A stretch of 64,000 bases of DNA from Candidatus Doudnabacteria bacterium (lineage in GTDB: Bacteria > Patescibacteriota > Doudnabacteria > UBA920). The notes under the pieces are model-generated. The model made no database searches and had not been told where the DNA came from. It saw only the letters and a program-made list of their open reading frames with translations. Shown one piece after another: positions 60,189-64,000 of this stretch; position 1 is the first letter of the stretch; each line of letters starts with the position of its first letter. Position numbers and translations under genes: made by a program. The stretch covers positions 69,195-133,194 of the forward strand of contig CAWBGV010000020.1 in NCBI GenBank assembly GCA_963788395.1, written 5' to 3'.

Positions 60189-61442
60189 TTAGGTTCCTTC
60201 TTGCCAGCTGGCTAGGTAATGTTGTTGTGCGGGGGTTAACTTATCGATTTTAATATTCATGGAGGCGAGCTTGAGGCTGGCTACGCGTTCGTCAATTTCC
60301 GGAGGGACATCGTAGACTTGCGGTTTTAAAGTTTTGTAGTTTTTGACCAACCATTGGCTGCTTAAAGCCTGGTCGGCAAACGACATGTCCATAACCGCAG
60401 AAGGGTGGCCTTCGGCCGCGGCCAGGTTGACTAAGCGGCCTTCGGCCAGCACGTAAATCCGGCGGCCGTTAGCCATAACATACTCTTCTACTGAATCACT
60501 AATCATATTTTGCTTTTTAGCCAAAGCTTTTATTTCCGGCAAATTAATCTCCACATTAAAATGTCCGCTGTTACAAACAATGGCGCCATCTTTCATCTGC
60601 TTAACGTGCGCGCCGCGAATTACGTCTTTATCGCCGGTCACCGTAATAAATACCTCGCCGATCTTAGCCGCTTCACTCATGGTCATAACTTGATAGCCGT
60701 CTAAACTAGCTTTGAGTGCTTTAACCGGATCAACTTCCGTTACAATCACATGCGCGCCCATGCCGTCGGCCGACTTGGCCACGCCGCTGCCGCAATAACC
60801 GTAACCGGCAACCACCACAATTTTTCCAGCCATCATAATGTTCGTAGCGCGCAAGACAGCATCCAGAGTACTCTGGCCGGTGCCGTAATGGTTATCGAAC
60901 ATGTGCTTGGTGGGGGTGTCGTTTACGGCGATGACCGGATATTTGAGCGCCCCGTCTTTGGCCATGGAACGCAAGCGAATGACGCCGGTCGTAGTCTCTT
61001 CCAAGCCGGCGTAAATGTATTTGAGCAGCTCCTGGCGCTTGCTGTGGATGAGCGAAATGGTGTCGGCGCCATCATCCATAGTCACGTTGGGCTTGGCGTC
61101 CAGCAGCCAATTTAAACATTTGTAATAATCCTGGTTGGATTGATGCTTCCAGGCAAAAACCGACATGCCTTCTTTGGCCAGCGCGGCGGCTACCGCGTCT
61201 TGGGTTGAGAGGGGATTAGAGCCGCACGCTACTACTTTAGCGCCACCGGCTTTAAGTGTGCGCAGGAGCACGCCCGTCTCTTTGGTGATATGCAAACAGG
61301 CAGCCAGAGTCACTCCCTTAAACGGCTGCTGCTTTTTAAATTCCTGGCGGATTTTCATTAGCACCGGCATTTGCTGTTCGGCCCAGGCTAATCTTTTCTG
61401 TCCTTCGACCGCAAGTTTGATATCTTTGACTTTTGAATTCAT
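60189..61442 (-). CDS. ahcY: Adenosylhomocysteinase
   Basis: 417 aa. …CLHITKETGVLLRTL…GSNPLSTQD…, NAD-binding VVVAGYGYCGSGVA, C-terminal …YLASWQEGT. Confidence 0.9.
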   Translation of the reverse strand: MNSKVKDIKLAVEGQKRLAWAEQQMPVLMKIRQEFKKQQPFKGVTLAACLHITKETGVLLRTLKAGGAKVVACGSNPLSTQDAVAAALAKEGMSVFAWKHQSNQDYYKCLNWLLDAKPNVTMDDGADTISLIHSKRQELLKYIYAGLEETTTGVIRLRSMAKDGALKYPVIAVNDTPTKHMFDNHYGTGQSTLDAVLRATNIMMAGKIVVVAGYGYCGSGVAKSADGMGAHVIVTEVDPVKALKASLDGYQVMTMSEAAKIGEVFITVTGDKDVIRGAHVKQMKDGAIVCNSGHFNVEINLPEIKALAKKQNMISDSVEEYVMANGRRIYVLAEGRLVNLAAAEGHPSAVMDMSFADQALSSQWLVKNYKTLKPQVYDVPPEIDERVASLKLASMNIKIDKLTPAQQHYLASWQEGT

Positions 61443-61592
61443 GGTGGTATATATGCTTAATTACTCGACTAAGTTTGGAACTGGTTTTTAATAATCTGTA
61501 AAGTATTATAGCATAAGTTTATTTATTTTACACCGTCACACTATACATCATCAACAGACGGATTAATGAATCTGACGGGAGGTGAAAATTTT

Positions 61593-61823
61593 ATGCCACG
61601 AGGAAGCAAAGCAAAATATACTTCTAAGCAAAAGCGGCAAGCGCGCGATATAGAAAAGGGGTATGAGAAACGGGGGACGAGCAGAAAAGAAGCGGCGCGG
61701 CGAGCTTGGGCTACGGTTAATAAGATGACGGGCGGAGGCAAACGGCGCGGGGGCAGTGGAGTGAAGAAGCGGACAAAAAAATCGCCGGCCCGAAAAGGCG
61801 GAAAAATCGGCGGCAAGCGATAA
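61593..61823 (+). CDS. Small highly basic protein (conserved hypothetical)
   Basis: GGGAGGTG RBS 8 nt upstream. MPRGSKAKYTSKQKRQARDIEKGYEKRG…RRAWATVNK, then a G/K/R tail. Confidence 0.6.
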   Translation: MPRGSKAKYTSKQKRQARDIEKGYEKRGTSRKEAARRAWATVNKMTGGGKRRGGSGVKKRTKKSPARKGGKIGGKR

Positions 61824-61879
61824 ACGATTAAAAATTTTGGATGTAAAAAGAATTAATTTTTGGGGGAGGTGAATAAATA

Positions 61880-61966
61880 ATGCCAAGTTCCAAAAGCAGG
61901 TCAAAGTCCCGAGCCAGCAAAAAAGGCGGCCGGACTTCAGCTAAAAATCGAAGACGCAGCATGTAG
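61880..61966 (+). CDS. 28-aa basic micro-ORF (MPSSKSRSKSRASKKGGRTSAKNRRRSM)
   Basis: GGGGGAGGTG RBS 8 nt upstream, nearly identical to that of the preceding gene, and followed by a terminator. Too short for the ORF track. Confidence 0.4.
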   Translation: MPSSKSRSKSRASKKGGRTSAKNRRRSM

Positions 61967-61977
61967 AGCAATTAATT

Positions 61978-62000
61978 AAACCCCTGGGAACAGGGGTTTT
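61978..62000 (+). terminator. Intrinsic terminator
   Basis: AAACCCCTG-ggaa-CAGGGGTTTT. Confidence 0.8.
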
Positions 62001-62064
62001 CTAATGTCTCTGGGCTTACCCCCCTGACCTTGCCCCGACTGCTATTGTCGCGTCAAGCTCGTCC

Positions 62065-62169
62065 CCTCCTATAATAGCCTGCCCGCCATGCGCATAACAT
62101 TTAGAATGGATAGGTGTAGATTCTCCATCTAAACCTACTAACATGGACGGTGAAGGCAGGCGGGGAGGG
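62065..62169 (-). repeat. Structured ~105-nt repeat element, copy B (inverted relative to copy A)
   Basis: The reverse complement reads CCTCCCCGCCTGCC…CATGTTAGTAGGTTTAG…CTATCCATTCTAAATGTTATGCGCATGGCGGGCAGGCTATTATAGGAGG, with about 11 differences from 21536-21640. Confidence 0.75.
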
Positions 62170-62239
62170 TGGCTAAAAATGATTGCTTTAATTTTTAGCC
62201 GGGGTGGTAAGCCCAGCTCTAGCTTTTTTCCGCGGTCTA

Positions 62240-62248
62240 TGGTAAAAT
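62240..62248 (+). promoter_or_regulatory. Extended -10 promoter (TGGTAAAAT) for tRNA-Thr/rpmG/tRNA-Trp
   Basis: TATGGTAAAAT lies about 95 nt upstream of tRNA-Thr(UGU). Confidence 0.4.
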
Positions 62249-62316
62249 ACCAAAAGTTGGCAGCCTGACCCGCCGGCTTAGCTTCCGCCTCCGTCTGACT
62301 TCGGCGGACAGGCATC

Positions 62317-62343
62317 TGGTAGAGCAACGGTTTTGACCTCTCG
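62317..62343 (+). pseudogene. Partial tRNA-Thr remnant
   Basis: TGGTAGAGCAACGGTTTTG matches 18 of 19 positions of the D-arm/anticodon-stem segment 62360-62378 of the adjacent tRNA. It is followed by CCTCTCGGC, which resembles the T-arm/acceptor 3' strand. Confidence 0.55.
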
Positions 62344-62419
62344 GCCGAGATAGCTCAATTGGCAGAGCAACGGTTTTGTAAACCGTAGGTTGGAGGTTCG
62401 ATTCCTCTTCTCGGCTCCA
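62344..62419 (+). tRNA. tRNA-Thr(UGU)
   Basis: GCCGAGA…TCTCGGC-T-CCA, anticodon arm ACGGT-TTTGTAA-ACCGT, T-arm GGTTCGATTCC. Confidence 0.88.
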
Positions 62420-62528
62420 TTATATTTCATATGGATCATGGAATATAACCCTGAACCAAGATTTTCCTGACGCCCAGGAAAGTCTATAGCTGCAAATACA
62501 TAATACTTAATACATACTACCTACCTCT

Positions 62529-62684
62529 ATGTCCCAAGATAATCTTATTAATCTACAGTGCACGGTTTGCAATAATTTAAATTACCAGACCAGCAAGAAC
62601 AAAAAGAATACTCCTAAACGCCTGGAACTTCAAAAATTCTGCAAATTCTGCAAAAAGAAAACTTTACACAAAGAAACTAAATAG
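62529..62684 (+). CDS. rpmG: 50S ribosomal protein L33
   Basis: 51 aa, below the ORF-track cutoff: [51 protein letters not shown]. It has the C-x2-C…C-x2-C zinc ribbon and the KNKKNTP-RLEL-K signature. Confidence 0.85.
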   Translation: MSQDNLINLQCTVCNNLNYQTSKNKKNTPKRLELQKFCKFCKKKTLHKETK

Positions 62685-62752
62685 AACCGAATTGGCCATT
62701 GGAATTGCAATACTATAGCTGTTATATATTGCCAATTGCAGTGGCCAATTAT

Positions 62753-63076
62753 TTATATAGGGGTGTGGTGAAGTGGTATCACAAAGGTCTCCAAAACCTT
62801 CGTCGTGGGTCCGATTCCCACCGCCCCTGCCAAGTAAAATTCGCCTTTTGGTAGTCTCCCTGGTTTTCTTTGGGCGTACTGCATGCCCATAGGAACCCAC
62901 TCAGCCAGGAGTGCCTTTTCGTGGGGCTTACAACCAAATTTCTTGGCATGATTTTTCTTGCAGTTCCAAGACCCACTCAATGCGATCATTTTAATAGGTG
63001 TACCGTCACCATCTTTAATGGTGACGACCGCCCCTAAAAATTGGGTACTAAACTGTTTTTTCACATCGTCGTTCAA
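62753..63076 (-). CDS. Hypothetical small Cys-containing protein; the 3' end as drawn overlaps tRNA-Trp antisense
   Basis: GGAGG lies 6 nt upstream of a TTG start at 63076. The true stop is uncertain given the indel rate in this window. Confidence 0.3.
   Translation of the reverse strand: MNDDVKKQFSTQFLGAVVTIKDGDGTPIKMIALSGSWNCKKNHAKKFGCKPHEKALLAEWVPMGMQYAQRKPGRLPKGEFYLAGAVGIGPTTKVLETFVIPLHHTPI
62759..62832 (+). tRNA. tRNA-Trp(CCA)
   Basis: AGGGGTG…CGCCCCT-G-CCA, anticodon arm AAGGT-CTCCAAA-ACCTT. Confidence 0.88.
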
Positions 63077-63312
63077 TTTTTACCTCCTGCCAAAATCCCC
63101 TTAACTATATATTTTTAAGAGGCTTTGTCAATCAAGTACTTACCCCTATTCTCCTTGTACAATCTCCGCTGAACGGCATCCCACATACTTTTGCTACCAG
63201 ATAATAATTGCTGCCAAGCGGCAGTTTTTGCCGTATTAGTTTTTTTGAACCTACAGACGGCTTCAGCGACAAATGATTGCTTTTTTGCTATACTACTTTT
63301 AACCTAATACCT

Positions 63313-64000
63313 ATGGCCATTCAAACCAAAACTATTCAAACTACCGGATTTTTTATTTTGCTGTTGTTGTTTTTTATTTTGGTGATGGTGATGTTTCGTC
63401 CGTTTTTTCAGTTGTTGGCTTTAGCGGGGATATTGGCTTTTTTGTTTTTACCGCTGCACACTTTTTTTGTCCAAAAACTCAAACACGAATCTTTGGCCGC
63501 CATGCTGACCGTTATTTGCATTTTGACTATTGTTCTTGTCCCGTTATATTTTCTAACCCAAGCAGCTGTTACCGAACTCATTGGTTTTTATGGACACTAT
63601 ACCCAAGGGACTACGGCCAGCGGCCAACTTGCGATTAGTCAATTGCCGGCGGCCTGGCAGGCTACGGCCCAGCACTTGATTAACGACGCCTGGATCCGCA
63701 TGAGCGCCTGGGCCCAGAGCCTCAGCAGCGACATTGCCGGCATCCTTTCCAACATCGCCGGCTTCCTGTTTTCCTTTTTTCTCTTATTTTTTAGCATTTA
63801 TTACTTCCTCAAAGACCACCGCGCCATCAAAGAATACCTCGGCGGTCTGCTGCCCCTGTCTTCATCAGAACGACACTTATTGATGGATAAACTCATTAGC
63901 GCGCTCAACGGCGTCGTTCGTGGAAATTTTTTGATGGCCCTGCTCCAAGGCCTAGCCGCCACCTTCGGGTATTTCCTGGCCGGCGTACCCCAGCCGCTCA
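63313..64000 (+). CDS. AI-2E family transporter (PerM/UPF0118), 5' part; runs off the window
   Basis: Open frame from the ATG at 63313 with multiple TM helices (…FFILLLLFFILVMVMF…LTVICILTIVLVPLYFL…NIAGFLFSFFLLFFSIYYFLKD…GVVRGNFLMALLQG). Confidence 0.7.
   Translation, partial: MAIQTKTIQTTGFFILLLLFFILVMVMFRPFFQLLALAGILAFLFLPLHTFFVQKLKHESLAAMLTVICILTIVLVPLYFLTQAAVTELIGFYGHYTQGTTASGQLAISQLPAAWQATAQHLINDAWIRMSAWAQSLSSDIAGILSNIAGFLFSFFLLFFSIYYFLKDHRAIKEYLGGLLPLSSSERHLLMDKLISALNGVVRGNFLMALLQGLAATFGYFLAGVPQPL

Noticed and set aside
62016-62327. Track ORF 62016-62327 (minus strand, 103 aa)
   Set aside because: It lies across repeat copy B and the tRNA promoter region. There is no RBS, and the composition is driven by the GC-rich hairpin arms.
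1-64000. Alternative genetic code (UGA recoding, as in some CPR lineages)
   Set aside because: TGA terminates conserved proteins at their expected lengths, for example gyrB at 13318-13320, dnaB at 28426-28428, and the ATGA-coupled stop at 3976-3978. The standard code fits.
1-64000. CRISPR arrays
   Set aside because: No run of regularly spaced direct repeats was seen. The repeats found are isolated inverted repeats or two-copy dispersed elements.

Overview
This 64-kb chromosomal window comes from a small-genome bacterium using the standard genetic code: TGA, TAA and TAG all terminate full-length conserved genes. Most of it is housekeeping. Replication and repair: gyrB, dnaE, dnaB, recR, rmuC, and a UvrD-type helicase-nuclease. 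Translation: lysS, serS, cysS, thrS, a fused single-chain pheS-like gene, prfA-prmC, rpsB-tsf, rplU, rplY, rpmE, rpmG and map. Envelope and division: murF, an ftsQ-like gene, ftsW/rodA, two GT39 genes plus GT2 and GT4 glycosyltransferases, and type IV pilin-like proteins. Also present are greA, ahcY, two tandem adk genes, and seven tRNA genes that all encode CCA. The gene content and style suggest a Candidate Phyla Radiation (Patescibacteria) organism; this is inference only.

The most interesting observations are:
1. An initiator-type tRNA-Met gene is interrupted by a 217-nt group I intron.
2. A single-chain PheRS combines a PheT-type tRNA-binding domain, the PheS catalytic core and a mitochondrial-type FDX-ACB domain.
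3. A nuclease-rich, translationally coupled operon reads rmuC / NYN / unknown / PIN / UvrD-PD-(D/E)XK.
4. A roughly 9-kb island sits between tRNA-Thr(GGU) and tRNA-Tyr. It carries a large serine recombinase, an XRE controller-like gene, a type I R-M system with a fused M-S polypeptide, a truncated UvrD-like gene, a RadC/JAB gene and a degenerate-receiver LuxR regulator.
5. Several families of intergenic structured repeats are present: a roughly 105-nt hairpin element in two copies with compensatory changes, a tRNA-trailer repeat, a telomere-like CCCTAA/G-quadruplex 13-mer, a shared 15-mer upstream of recR and prfA, and a perfect 48-bp palindrome.
6. A promoter-to-terminator structured RNA lies upstream of thrS.

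Caveat: about 25 genes, including single-copy essential ones, are broken by single-base indels. These most likely reflect assembly or sequencing error, so pseudogene calls here are unsafe.
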